Below are positions 46,716 through 59,900 of a stretch of 64,000 nt of DNA, one piece after another (position 1 is the stretch's first letter; the number at the start of each line of letters is the position of its first letter). The stretch is from Geosiphon pyriformis uo1. Lineage: Eukaryota; Fungi; Glomeromycota. A model generated the notes under the pieces. It was not told where the DNA came from. It was given only the letters and a program-made list of their open reading frames with translations, and made no database searches. The position numbers were made by a program, and so were the translations under genes. The stretch covers positions 558,001-622,000 of the forward strand of contig JAAOMT010000303.1 in assembly GCA_016748015.1 (NCBI GenBank). The letters run 5' to 3'.

Positions 46716-49700
46716 AGCTGTGATAATATATCTGTTGCCATCAAGAGTTATTGTTAAAGGTTCAACAACATCTATACCAATTCTGTCAAATAGTTAACCA
46801 ACAGAGATTGGATGAATATCTTCTTTGTAATTGGATTTGCCTCTTTTTTGGCAGATGTCACAAGTTTTAATGTATTCAGCAATGTTTTTTCTCAAAGTAG
46901 GCCAATAATAACAAGCTAAAATTTTCTGAATTGTTTTTGTTTTTCCAAAGTGTCCAGCTAATGGGTCAGTGTACATGTTATATATTACAATTTCTCTTTC
47001 TTCAAATCTGATAACTTTTTGGAGGCAGTCAAAATCTTTTCTGTTTCTTTTGTATAATTGGTTCTGGCAGATCAAATAAAAATTTGATTGTTTGCACAAA
47101 TGTTTTCTTTATAGTCAAGTGTATTCTGGTGGGTATTGTTCTTTACCTAAAAATTCTATTAAGACAGAGTAGTTGTCCAAGTCCATTATTGTGTTTGTTT
47201 TTATAAAGAAGTTACTAATAATTAAGTTGGTTTGGTTTAAGAAGTTGTACTGTCACTGGATGGTAAGTCTAGATAGAGTATTGGCATTTTGATGATTTGC
47301 TTCTTTGCAGTATTGAATATCATAGTTAAATTCATCCAAGTGGAGTATCCAGTGAGTTATTCTTTTGTGTTCCAGCTTCTTTTTCTTGCACAGCCAAACC
47401 AAGGCTTGATGATCTATTACCACTAAGAATTTTGTATCAAAAAAATATTGATCCCAGTAGCTAGTAGCCCAAACTACTGCTAAGCATTTCTGTTCTGTAA
47501 CTGAGTAGTTCTTTTCTGCTGGTGTGAGGAATTTACTGGCATATGTTATGACATGTTCTCTGGCATTTTCATTTTTCTGTAAAAGTACAGCACCAAGTCC
47601 ATAGATGGATGCATCAAAGTGGAAGATGAAAAGTTGGTTTAGATTAGATTGCTTGAAAATTGGTTTAGTAACAAGTTTTTCTTTCAGAATTTCAAAAGCT
47701 TTTTGTTAATAAGTGTCCCAGTAATAATTAACATTTTTTCTGTGTAGCTGATTGAGAGGAAAGACGATTTTGGAAAAATCTTTGATAAATTTGTAATAGT
47801 AAGAAGCCAAACCAAGAAAAGAGCATAGTTCAGAAACATTCATTGATTGTTTAATGTTTTGAACTTTTTTAACTTTAGCTGAGTCAGGGAAAATTTCATT
47901 TTTTGTAATAAGATAACCAAAGAACTAGGTAGATTGGTGTTCAAAGAAAGATTTGATTAAATTAATCTTAAAGCCAGTATTTCTGAGCAGATCAAAAACC
48001 TTTTACAAGTGTTCAAGATGTTCATCTCAGGTTTTTGAGTAAACCATTATGTTATCTAAATAGACCAGAACAAAGTTTTTTTTACTGATTCAAATACTTT
48101 GTCTATTAGGCATTGAAAGGTGGAAGAGGCATTGGTGAAACCAAAAGTCATGACTGTAAATTTATAGGTGTCATACTTGATAATAAAAACAGTTTTCTTT
48201 CTGCTTTCTGGATTCATCTCTACTTGCCAGAATTCAGCAGTTAAGTCAATGGTTAAGAAGAAAACAGCACTATTAAATTTATTTAGCATTGCATCAATTT
48301 TGGGAAGTGGTTATATGTCTCTTATAGTGATGGTATTTAATTGATAGTAGTCGACACAGAAGTGTAGGGTTCCATCTTTCTTGGATAACACTACAACTGG
48401 AAAAGCCCATTCACTCTTGGTTTCTTATATGAATCCAAGATCTTTTATCTGGTTTATCTCCTTCTTAATGAATTCATCATTGCATCAATTGGATTGATAA
48501 GGCTTTAAATAAATAAAATGAGTTTCTTTTGTGGTGATAGTATGTTGTATCACATGAGTTTGTCTAGGAGTATTACTTTCTTTTGAGATAACTGGACTAA
48601 TCTTAGCCAACAGATTTTCAATGTTCATTTTTTTTTCTTTAGGAAAAGTTTTTTTGTTTTACAACTAGTGTTTGGATTTCAGGTAGTTCACTCTCAAAAG
48701 ACTTCTGTACTTCTTTTAGTTCTTCTCTGGGTATCAAACTAATTGGCTCCCAATCTTTGTAATAGATTAGACAAGACTTGCATTTATCACTAAGGAAATA
48801 CAAAAGTTTATTACACCAGTATCTGACACAAGAATCATGCCACCAATAACTGTATTTTGCTTTCTTGCCAGGTTTTCTATCAAAAATTTTTCTGAGAATA
48901 TCATAGTAGGGCCAGCAGATCAACTTGCCATTTACCATGATTTCTTCTTTGTTAGCTTTAACATTATTCAGTGGCTTGTCATTGCTTGTGAAGATAGTAT
49001 AGGCAAGTTCAGCAGTTTCTTTTTGATCTTTTTTTTTATTGCTCTTATCATCATCTCATTTGTCTGATTGTTTTTCTTTTTGGTTTTACTTGAATGGCAC
49101 TTAATCACAATGGGTTTTTTACCACATCTGATGGTTAGTTCACAAAATTCATAATCAAGCAAGGCTTTTGCTTTCTTGAGTCATTTATTACCAACTATTA
49201 TGATGTATTCTTTTGCTTCAGATACTTCCATGTCAGTTTTAATGCTAATGCCATTGATTTAGACAGGAATAGCTTTGGCTATGCCCAGATCTTTTTTCTT
49301 GTTATTATGTATGTTAGTCATTGGTCTTGTAGACAGTTCATCAATTTTTCTGCCAATTGCTTCTAAAAAGTGTTTGGCAATAACACTAACAGATAATTCA
49401 CTGTTTAGAATCAAATCAATAAAGTAACCAGCCACTTGGGTTTTACAAATAAGAAGAGTAACATTGCTGTTGTCAACAAATCCAGCTTGGTATGGACACT
49501 TGTTGGTCTTTGGTGTTTTTTTTTTGGGAATCAAAGATTTGCAAAGATCTTTTCTGAATTGGAGATGGGTCATTAACTGGCCAAAGGTAATCTGAGCAGG
49601 CATTTCCATAAGATCTTTGACAACAGAATAGGGTCCAGATTTTTGTACAATTTCTGGGGGTTCCAACTTTGAAGGATTCTTAAAAACTTTAGTCTTTGGT

Positions 49701-49990
49701 GGCTCATTGTTATTAACAGTTGATTTGGATCCCTTGTTTGGATCCAAAACGAAATCAACCTTGGCTTTTTTCTTCTTTCTTGTTAATTTAGAGGTGTTGA
49801 TTGCTAGTTCATCCATATTATGGTCATCATCAGTTAGGTTAAAAGCATAAAAGAAGTTTTCTTCTGGTTGACTTGCACTCTCACCTTTTGGAGGTACATC
49901 TACTGGGAATCCTCTCTAAAGAAATTAATGTTGACATGATTGGGTCTTTAATTGAGAACATTGTTGTTGATGGTTCTGTTGTTTTGATTG

Positions 49991-52900
49991 GAAGACTGAT
50001 TTTCCTATAGGTGCATCATAACATCAAAGGTGTTATCATAAACTGAAAAGTCTTTATTATTATCATTATTATTATCAACATTATTAACCATGTTATCAAC
50101 ATCGATCTACTCTCCAAGCAGGCCTGTTCACATATTTTCTCAAGACATGTCATTCTTTTCTGCATCATGATGGCAACAGCAGCCAAGTTTTTATTTTGCT
50201 TGGCCAACTCATCCACATATTTCTTAACTAACACATCCATGGCAAATAGAATAGACAGCAATTTGGTAACCAATACAACCAGAAAACTAACAGGTTTAAC
50301 TAAAGATTTTATCAACACAAATAGTTCACTAAGGTGGAATTCTAAAAAAGCCAATTTAGATTCAACAGCAGAATTGGAAGCAGAAAGAACAACAGGCAAC
50401 ATGAGTGTTGCAGTTTTGGGAGGACCACCAAGACTCAAGTCCATATTAGCAGCAGCAGTACCAAAAGAAACCACAAAAGCAGCAGTCTTGGCATAAGATT
50501 TAGATCCAACAAAAGAAGGTTTGAAATTTTTGGGGCAACCAAAAGTGTTGAAAGAGAGTTTGAGTGAGAGAAGAAATAACTTCTTGCAGTCTACAGCCAA
50601 ATGATTCAAGTTTTGACATCTGTAGCAGCAGCAATATTCAGGAGTTTTCTACCAGATGCAACAACCATACAAGGTACCAGTTTTTGATACAGCAACATTC
50701 AGAGATTCCAAAGAATTAAAGATAACCACAGCAAAACATTGACATTGATAAGATTCAGGGGAACAAAGAATGAAACATGTATGGCCACCAACTTGGGAAA
50801 CCAAATCACTTATCTTAAAGGCAGTACAGCCAAATAGAAGATTGACCAACTTAGCTTTGAATACATCTTTTGAAGAAATAACTTTCTTTTGGTTGGCAAT
50901 AGAAAAAATCCTAACACTATCTTTTCTGACCAATATAGACCAGTTAGAAAAAGCAGCAGTAACAAAAAAAATGTCTTTAAAATTAACAACAGCATATTGC
51001 CATAAGCCAGCAGGCTTTAACTTAACTTTTTTTTTATGTTAATGTGTAGCCATGCTGGTCTTTTATTAGTTAAGCCACAGTAATGTGGTGGTTTCACAAA
51101 GCCAGCTCACCTAATAATACAAAAATCACAAGATGCAGCTAACTACAAGCGGAAAGCCCTAACTACATGCTAGTACTACTTTTACTACCTAATGTATCAA
51201 ACATATCTAATTCATACATCTTACCCATAATGCTAACAAGCTTATGACTATTATTAATCATACCACTCATCTACTTAGCAGTCTGATCAGGACTGAATTT
51301 GATTCTGGAAGACTGATCTTCCCATAGTTGCATCATGACATCGAAGGTGTTATCATAAACTGAAAAGTCTTTATCCTTATTATCATCATCATCAATATTA
51401 TTAACCATGTCATCACCATCTAATCTATCCTTCAAGCAGGCTTGTTTACATATTTTCTCAAGGCATGTCATTCTTTTCTGCATCATGGTGGCAACTGTAG
51501 CCAAGCCTTTATTTTGCTTAGCCAATCCATCCACACATTTCTTAAATGACACATCTATTGCAGATAGAGTAGACAGCAATTTGGTAACCAATACAATCAG
51601 AGCACCAATAGATTTAACTAAAGATTTTATTAACACAGATAGTTCACTAAGGTGGGATTCAAAAGAAGCCAACCTAGATTCAACAGCAGAATTGGGAACA
51701 GAAGAAACAGCAAGCAACATGGATGTCGCAGTTTTGGGAGGATCACCAAAATCTAAGTCTATATCAGCAGTAGCCGCACAAGAAGGAACCACAAAAGCAG
51801 CAGCCTTGACATAAGATTTAAATCCAACAAATAAAGGTTTGAAATTTTTGGGGCCACCAAAGGTGTTGGAAGAGAGTTTAAGTAAGAGAGAAGGCAACTT
51901 CTTGCAGTCCACAGCCAAATGATTTAAGTCTTAACACCTATAGCAATGGCAATACCCAAGAGTTTCCCACCAAATACAACAACCACACAAGGTACCAGTT
52001 TTTAATACAATGATGTTCAGAAATTCCAAAGAATTAAAGATAACCACAGCAAAGCATTGACATTAATAAGATTCAGGGGAGCAAGGAATAAAACATGTAC
52101 GGCCACCAACTTGGGAAACCAAATCACTTATCTTAAAGACAGTACAGCCAAATAAAAGATTGACCAACTTAGTTTTGAATGCATCTCTTGAGAAGATAAC
52201 CTCCTTTTGGTTGATGATGAGAAGAATCCTAACACTATCTTTTCTAACCAATACAGACCAGTTAAAGAGAACAGCAGCAGCAGAAAAAATGTCCTTAAAA
52301 TTAACCACAATGTATTATCATAAGCCAGCAGGCTTCAACTTAACAGAAGTAACAACACCAAAAATGCCAAGAGCAGTTTTGATGTCATTAGAAGAGATAC
52401 CCAAAGATATGTCACACAGTACAACTGACAAGAAAGAAGAAGAAACAGAGACCATACCAGAAGACTGTGCAATCTTAAGAGTGGTCAAAAAAACCTCATC
52501 ACTGATAGACACTTTGGTAGCACTATTTAGGCTCTCCTGAGATGCAAATTCTATACAAAACAACTTAACAGCATTTCATAAAACTGACTTAAGTCCAATA
52601 CAACCAGGCAGCAACTGAAACAAAGAACCAAACAGGGCCATTTTGATCTTAAATATAGCACCAGGTACTAAATTAGAAACCACCCAACCAGAGAACTTCT
52701 GATGACCATTCACATTCTTTTAAGCACCACTATTAGCAGCACCAGAAACTGGAGGAGAGACAGTTGATTTCATTTTCATCTGATCAGTCCAATTTTTGAG
52801 ATCATCTAGATTGATAAGCTGTTTTGCTACTGGAATTGGTAATAATCTGCCAGAGAGTACCACATTAGGCAATACAGCCAGTGGTTAATCTTGGCTCATC

Positions 52901-54600
52901 TTGTGAGATGTGTCACTGCTGTTGCCAATTATATCAGAAAGAGGGCTGGATGCTGCTGTGAAGATCTTACCAAAGATCTTATCTAGAACCACAAAGAGGT
53001 TTAGTGTGACTATAGCAGTTGTGACTGTCTGCTGCTGTTTTTTGGAATTTTTTGCTTTTGCAGCCATTTATAAAGCAGTAGTAATAGAAGTAGTAGTGGA
53101 AGTGGTGAAAGCAGAAAAAACCAACTTGTTGACTGGTTTGTTATTAAAAATCTATGGGCTTTTTGAAGTGGTAGAGACAATACTGGGACTAATCCAAGTG
53201 TGTCTTTTGGAAAGAACTTTGACTGAAAAAGAACTACCAGCCAAAGATAAAAAAAATGAACCAGAAGCTCCTAAAGACAGCTTATCACTAGTATTTTTCA
53301 AAGAAAATGTTGCCAGAACGTTTTGTCTAGCTGCTTCAATAACAGAGAGACCCTCTCATGTTAAAACTTTATTAGTTACTATAGGAAAAATAATGTTTGC
53401 AACTTTTTTACTCTTAGCTCTATTCATGGTCATAAAAATTAGGAAAGAAAGAGTTTTGTTTATACTTTTTTACAATGCTTCAACTTAACAGAAGTAACAA
53501 CACCAAAAATACCAAGAGCAGTTTTGATGTTATCAGAAAAAATATTCAAAGATATATTGTGCAATGCAACTGACAAAAAAGAGGAAGAAACAGAGGCCAC
53601 ACCAAAAGATCATGCAATTTTAAGAGTGGTCAATAAAACCTCATTACTGATGGCCACTTTGGTGACACCATTTAGACTTTTCTGAGATGCAAATTTCATA
53701 CAGAACAACTTAACAGCATCTTATGAAACTGACTTAAGCCCAATACAACCAGGCAGCAACTGAAACAAAAAACTAAACAGAGTCATCTTGATTTTAAATG
53801 TAGCACTAGGTACTAGATTGGAGGCCACCCAACCAGAAAACCTCTGATGACCATTTATATTCTTTCAAGCATTGCCATTAGCAGCACCAGAAACTGGGGA
53901 AGAGATAGTTGATTCCATTTTTATCTGATCAGCCCAATCTTTGAAATTATCTGAAATAATAGACTGTTTTGCTACTGGGATTGGCAATGATCTGCTGGGA
54001 AGTACTACATTAGGCAACATAGCCAGTAGTTGATCTTGGAGATATGCTGCTGCTGTTGCCATCCATATTAGGAAGAGGGCTGGCTGCTGCTATGAAGATC
54101 TTACTAAAGATCCCATTTGGAACCACAAAGAGGTTTGGTGTAACTATAGTAGTTGTGACTGCCTGCTACTGTTTTTTGGAATTTTTTGCTTTCATAGCCA
54201 TTTGTGAAGCAGTAGTAGTAGAAGTAATAATGAGAGTGGTGAGAGCAAGAAAGACCAACTTGTTGACTGGTCTGTTATTAAAAATCTTTGGGCTCTTAGA
54301 AACAGTAGAAACAACACTGGAACTAATTTGAATGTGTCTTTTGAAAGAAACTTTAACTGGAGAAGAACTACTAGCCAAAGGTGAAGAAAATAAATCAGAA
54401 GCTGCTAAAAGCAGCTTTTCACTATTATTTTTTAAAAGAAATGTAGCCAGAACATTTTGTCTAGCTACTTCAATAACAGAAAGACTCTCTTGTGTTGAAA
54501 CTTTATTAGTTACTATAGAAAAAGTAACATTTGCAACTTTTTTACTCTTAACTCTATTCATGGTCATAAAAATTAGGAGAAAAAGAGTTTTTTTGTATTA
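49991..54600 (-). mobile_element. Family C copy C3 (3' end deleted), interrupted by C4
   Basis: Segments 49991-51026 and 53477-54600 rejoin at the TSD. Confidence 0.88.
51027..53476 (-). mobile_element. Family C copy C4, full length (ORF 51163..53433, 757 codons with stops)
   Basis: Poly(A) at 51027-51035; TSD GCTTTAACTTAAC (51014-51026) / GCTTCAACTTAAC (53477-53489). Confidence 0.93.
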
Positions 54601-54815
54601 ACAGAATTTCAAAGTTGTCTTCAAAATAAGCTTAATCAAAGTAATAAGTTGTATAGACTGTGTAGGTTTCAGCTGAATGCTTGTTTAGAAACCAGTTTCA
54701 AAAGTTTTAGAATTGTTTGTTAGATTGTTCTTTAATAAGAAAGCAAATCAAGCAAGAGGGCAAAAAATTGAATTCAATAAAATCTAGATTATTTTTGTTG
54801 TGTGCTTCAAAGTGT

Positions 54816-54988
54816 GCTGCTGCTGTTGCCAACTATATTAAAAAAAAGACTGGATGCTGCTGTGGAGATCTTACCAAAGATTTCATCTGGAATCACAAAA
54901 GGGTTTGGGATAACCATAGCAGTTACAACTGTTTGCTGCTGTTTTTTGGAATTTTTTGCTTTTACAGCCATTTGTGAAGCAGTAGTAA

Positions 54989-55021
<33 letters not shown>

Positions 55022-55420
55022 CAGTAGTAATAGCAGTAGTAGTAGTAGTAGAAATGGTGAGAGTGGGAAAGACTAGCTTGTTAACAGGTCTGTTATTAAA
55101 AATTTTTGGGCTCTTAGAAATAGTAGAGACAATATTGGAACTAATTTGAGTATATCTTTTGGAAGGAACTTTGACTGAAGAAAAACTACTAGCCAAAAGT
55201 AAAAAAAATGAACCAGAAGCTGCTAAAGACAGCTTTTCACTAATATTTTTCAAAGAAAATGTAGTCAGAACATTTTGTCTAGCTGTTTTAATAACAAAGA
55301 GACTCTTTCGTGTTAAAACTTTATTAGTTACTATAGAAAAAGTAATATGTGCAACTTTTTTACTCTTAACTCTAGTCATGATCATAAAAATTAGGAGAAA
55401 AAGAGTTTTTGTTATAGGAT
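54816..55420 (-). mobile_element. Family C copy C5 (5' part only)
   Basis: ORF 54807..55385; complete 5' end. Confidence 0.87.
54981..55051. repeat. (GTA)n microsatellite, expanded poly-Thr tract of the C5 ORF
   Basis: About 23 GTA-like triplets versus about 8-10 in other C copies. Confidence 0.9.
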
Positions 55421-55425
55421 GTTAT

Positions 55426-56783
55426 GCCTAACTACATGCTAGTATAACCAAAAACTCTATAGGATATTATATTATTACATAAAGTAATTCTTTTACAAAA
55501 AACATCAGCCAGTATCTTATTACACTACATAAATTCATTATTCATCATAACTTTGGGTTTGCTATTAACATTACTATTACCTCTTAATATTTTATGTATG
55601 TTGGACATACTTGATAGGCTTTTCTTAATACTGTTATCAATACTCACTGATTTTTTCTACTTAGTTTGTAATTTGCAATGTTTTTCTTATAGTTTATTTC
55701 TTATTTGAGTTACTGTTCATTTACACATCTTAATTAATATATCATTGTTAGTCTTTTAATCAATATTAGCAAAAGTATTGATTCTTCCAAACTGCTTATT
55801 GATCAATTCTTTGCATAGCAGATCTATATTGGATGTTGATATAATATATTTATTAGACAAAATAATCTTCTTACTAGAGTCTTGGGTTTTGTGTTTCCTT
55901 TCTATAACTATTAATAAGCACTGCATTCATTTATTTTTTACATCATCTATCAGTGTCTTGCCCTTTTGAGTATTCAGAGAACATTCTCAAAAGTGTTGAT
56001 TGGTCTCTGCTTTCATGTAACATATCTTGTAAAGGTTGTTCAGATACACAAAAGAGCATCTGTTGTATAGTATCTCTGCTGTTAATTGCATATTGTGAAA
56101 TGATTTCATAATAAATATACATATTGCTGAGGAACCAGCTGAGATAAAGCCTAAAAACATTTTACCATTCCAGTTCCAAACCTTGGTTGTGCACTTCTAG
56201 TTTATCTCTTGGTTTACAAGCCCTAATGTTTCTTGGACTTTGTTATTGTCTTTCCAATCCAAAGCTGCTTAAAGTCCAGTCTGTTGGTTCAAAAAATGTC
56301 TAATATTTAGATCCAATTCAACTTCTTTGCAAAGAGAATGTAACTAATATTTTTAGCATTGTAGGCCCACTCCACTGTGTCAAAAGCAGTAGCTTCTTTG
56401 ACTAGTTTGTCAGTCTTTTCATTCTTGGATATTCTAATGTGTGCAGCTACTTTGTTTATATTGAGATCTATTTTTTTTTCACTCATTACTGCTTTAATTG
56501 CATTCTATGTATGCCAGTTAAGAGTTTTGAGCTAATTTCTAATAGACAAAGGACAATTATTTCTGAGCTGTTGATATTACTGCTTGACTATCTGTGTTTA
56601 ATGTTAGTTTGCATTTGTAAGATATTGCTTCTAAAGCCAATAATACAGCTTTTGTCTCAGTTTTTGTTAACAATAATGTTCTATCAACTGCTATACTAAA
56701 GTTGGCTTCTATTCTATGTGTTACAAAAGTGGCTACTCTTCTAATATCCTTAGAACCAGCTTTTACCAATGAGCCATCTGTAG
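55426..56783 (-). pseudogene. LINE E ORF2 3' end: RNase H and C-terminal zinc knuckle
   Basis: TDGS, KTETKAVLLAL, TDSQA, KVAAH...NEKTDKLVKE; MKSFHN...KICYMKAETNQHF*EC. Confidence 0.82.
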
Positions 56784-56989
56784 AGGAATAGTCTGTAATT
56801 GTCAACAAAATAATACCACTAATATTATTTTATGCCTCAACTTAGCAATTTTTAGAATTAATAACAGGTATCATTGTGCTTTTTAATTATTTTTTTATTC
56901 AAATAAATCACAAAAGCAAGCAATTGCTTCTTAGGCTAATTCTAACAAATACAAATCAAGAAGAAGAAAAAATATGATATGTGAATACA

Positions 56990-59900
56990 TTCTTTTGCCA
57001 TCTGGTTCTTACAAAAAACCAATAACAATTCTTTCTCTCTTAATTTTTATGACCACAACTAAAACTAAGAGTAAAAAAGTTGCAAATGTTACTTTTCTTA
57101 TAATAACTAATAAAGTTTCAACACAAAAAAATCTCTCAGTTATTGAAGCAGCTTGACAAAATATTCTGGCTACATTTCCTTTAAAAAATATTAGTAAAAA
57201 GCTGTCTTTAGCAGCTTCTGATTTATTTTTTTTGCCTTTGGCTGGTAGTTCTTCTTCAGTTAAAGTTTCTTCCAAAAGACACACTCAGATTAGTTCCAGT
57301 GTTGTCTCTACTACTTCTAAGAGCCCAAGGATTTTTAATAACAGACCAGTTAACAAGCTAGTTTTTTCCACTTTCACTACTTCTGCTACTACTACTACTA
57401 CTTCTACTGCTTCACAAATAGCTGCAAAAGCAAAAAATTCCAAAAAACAGCAGCAGGCAGTCACAACTGCTATGATCATACCAAATCTCTTTGTGGTTCT
57501 AGATAAAATCTTTGGTAAGATCTTCACAGCAGCATCCAGCCCTCTTTCTGATATGGTTGGCAACAGCAGTGGCACATCTCCCAAGATAGACCAAGATCAA
57601 CCACTGGCTGTGTTGCCTGATGTGGTACTTTCTAGCAGATCAATGCCAATTCCAGTAACAAAACAGCCTATCATTTCAAATGATCTCAAAGATTGGGCTG
57701 AGCAGATAGAAATGGAATCAACTGCTTCTCCTCCAATTTCTGGTGCTGCTGATGGTAGTACTTGGGAGAATGTGAATGGTTATCAAAAGTTCTTTGGTTG
57801 GGTGGCCTCCAATTTTGTATCTGGTGCTACATTTAAGATTAAAATGGCCCTGTTTAGTTCTTTGTTTCAATTGCTGCCTGGTTGTATTGGGCTTAAGTCT
57901 GTTTCATAAAATGCTGTCAAGTTGTTCTGTGTGGAATTTGCATCTCAGGAAAGTCTAAATAGTGCCACCAAATCAGATACAGAACAAAAAAAAAACTCTT
58001 TTTTTTCTAATTTTCATGACCACAAATAGAGTTAAGAGTAAAAAAGTTGCAAATATTATTTTTTCTATAGTAATTAATAAAGTTTTAACATGAGAGGGTT
58101 TCTTTGTTATTGAAGCAGCTAGACAAAACGTTCTGACAATATTTCCTTTAAAAAATTCTAGTGAAAAGCTGCCTTTAGCAACTTCTGATTCATTTTTTTC
58201 ACCTTTGGCTGGTAGTTCTTTTTTAGTCAAAGTTCCTTCCAAAAGACACACTCAGGTTAGTCCTAAAATTGTTTTTATTGCTTCTAAGAACCCAAAAATT
58301 TTTAATAACAGACCAGTCAATAAGTTGGTCTTTTCTGCTCTTACTACTACCACTACTATTTCTACTACTACTGCTTTACAAATGGCCACAAAAGCAAAAT
58401 ATTCCAAAAAACAGCAGCAGGCAATTGCAACTGCTATGGTTACACCAAACCCTTTTGTGGTTCTAAATGAGATCTTTAGTAAGATTTCCATAGCAGCAGC
58501 CAGCCCTCTTTCTGATATGGATGGCAACAGCAGCAGCATATTTCCCAAGATGGGCCAAGATCAACCACTGACTGTATTGCCTAATGTAGTACTTTTCGGC
58601 AGATTATTGCCAATTCCAGTAGCAAAACAGTCTATCAATCCAGATAGTCTCAAAGATTGGGCTGATCAGATGAAAATGGAATCAACTGTCTCTCTTTCAG
58701 TTTCTGGTGCTGTTGATGATAGTGCTTAGAAAAATATGAATGGTCATCAGAGGTTCTCTGGTTAAGTGGTCTCTAATTTGGTACTTAGTACTACATTTAA
58801 GATCAAGATGGCTCTGCTTAGTTCTTTGTTTTAGTTGCTGCCTGGTTGTATTGGGCTTAAGTTAGTTTTATAAGATGCTGTTAAGTTGTTCTGTGTAGAA
58901 TTTACATCTCAGAAGAGTCTAAATGGTATCACCAAAGTGGCTATCAGTAATGAGATTTTATTGACCACTCTTAAGATTGCATGATCTTCTGGAGTGGCCT
59001 CTGTTTTTTTCCCTTCCTTGTTAGTTGTGCTGCATGACATACCTTTGGGTATTTTTTTTAATAACATCAAAACTGCTTTTGGCATTTTTGGTGTTGTCTC
59101 TTCTGTTAAGTTAAAGCCTGCTGGCTTATGGGAATATGCTGTGGTCAATTTTGAAGACATTTTTTCTGCTGCTGCTGCTCTCTCTAACTGGTTTGTATTG
59201 GTCAGAAAAAATAGTGTTAGAATTTTTCTCATTGTCAACCAAAAGGAGGTTATTTTCTCAAAAGATGCATTCAAAGCTAAGTTGGTCAATTTTCTATTTG
59301 GCTGTACTGTCTTTGAGATAAGTGATTTGGTCTCCCAAGTTGATGGCCATACATGTTTCATTTCTCACTCCCCTGAATTTTATTGATGTCAATGCTTTGC
59401 TGTGGTTACCTTCGATTCTTTGGAATCTCTGAATGTTGTGTCAAAAACTGGTACTTTGCATGGTTGTCGCATCTGGTAGAAAACTCCTGGATGTTGCTGC
59501 TGCTACAGGTGTCAAGACTTGAATTATTTGGCTGTGGACTGCAAGAAGTTACCTCCTCTCTCACCCAAACTTCCTTTCAACACTTTTGGTGGCCCCAAAA
59601 ATTTCAAATTTTCATTTGTTAGATCTAAATTTTATGCCAAGGCTGCTGCTTTTGTGGTTCCTTCTGGTGCTGCTGTTGCTAATATGGACTTGGATCTTGG
59701 TGTTCCTTCCAAAACTGCGACACCCATGTTGTCTGCTGTCCCTTTTGCTCTCAATTCTGCTGTTGAATCTAGGTTGGCTTCTTTGGAATCCCACCTTAGT
59801 AAACTATCTGTGTTAATTAAATCCTTAGTTGAATCTATCAGTGCTCTGATTGTATTGGTTACTGAATTGCTGTCTACTCCATCTGCCATGAATGTGTTAG

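Larger units (their letters stand above)
23884..54815 (-). mobile_element. Ty3/Gypsy family A copy A5, the old host scaffold: part of 3' LTR 23884-24081, ORF3, IN, pol 47253-49900, gag remnants 49900-49990 and 54606-54815
   Basis: Its segments rejoin across each nested insertion at the TSDs (24494/26924, 27470/45050, 45597/46716); assigning the 54606-54815 piece to A5 is inferred. Confidence 0.82.

Noticed and set aside
47250-47258. Stop-codon read-through (UGA-CAG) to fuse RNase H and integrase
   Set aside because: The context is leaky-like and A4/A5 are in frame, but A2, A3 and B are out of frame, so a separate ORF fits better
52910-53488. Recurrent antisense ORFs in family C (also 3568..4053, 24871..25278, 58909..59361) and antisense to family A
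   Set aside because: They recur because the repeats recur and codon bias limits antisense stops; starts are mostly TTG/GTG and endpoints vary
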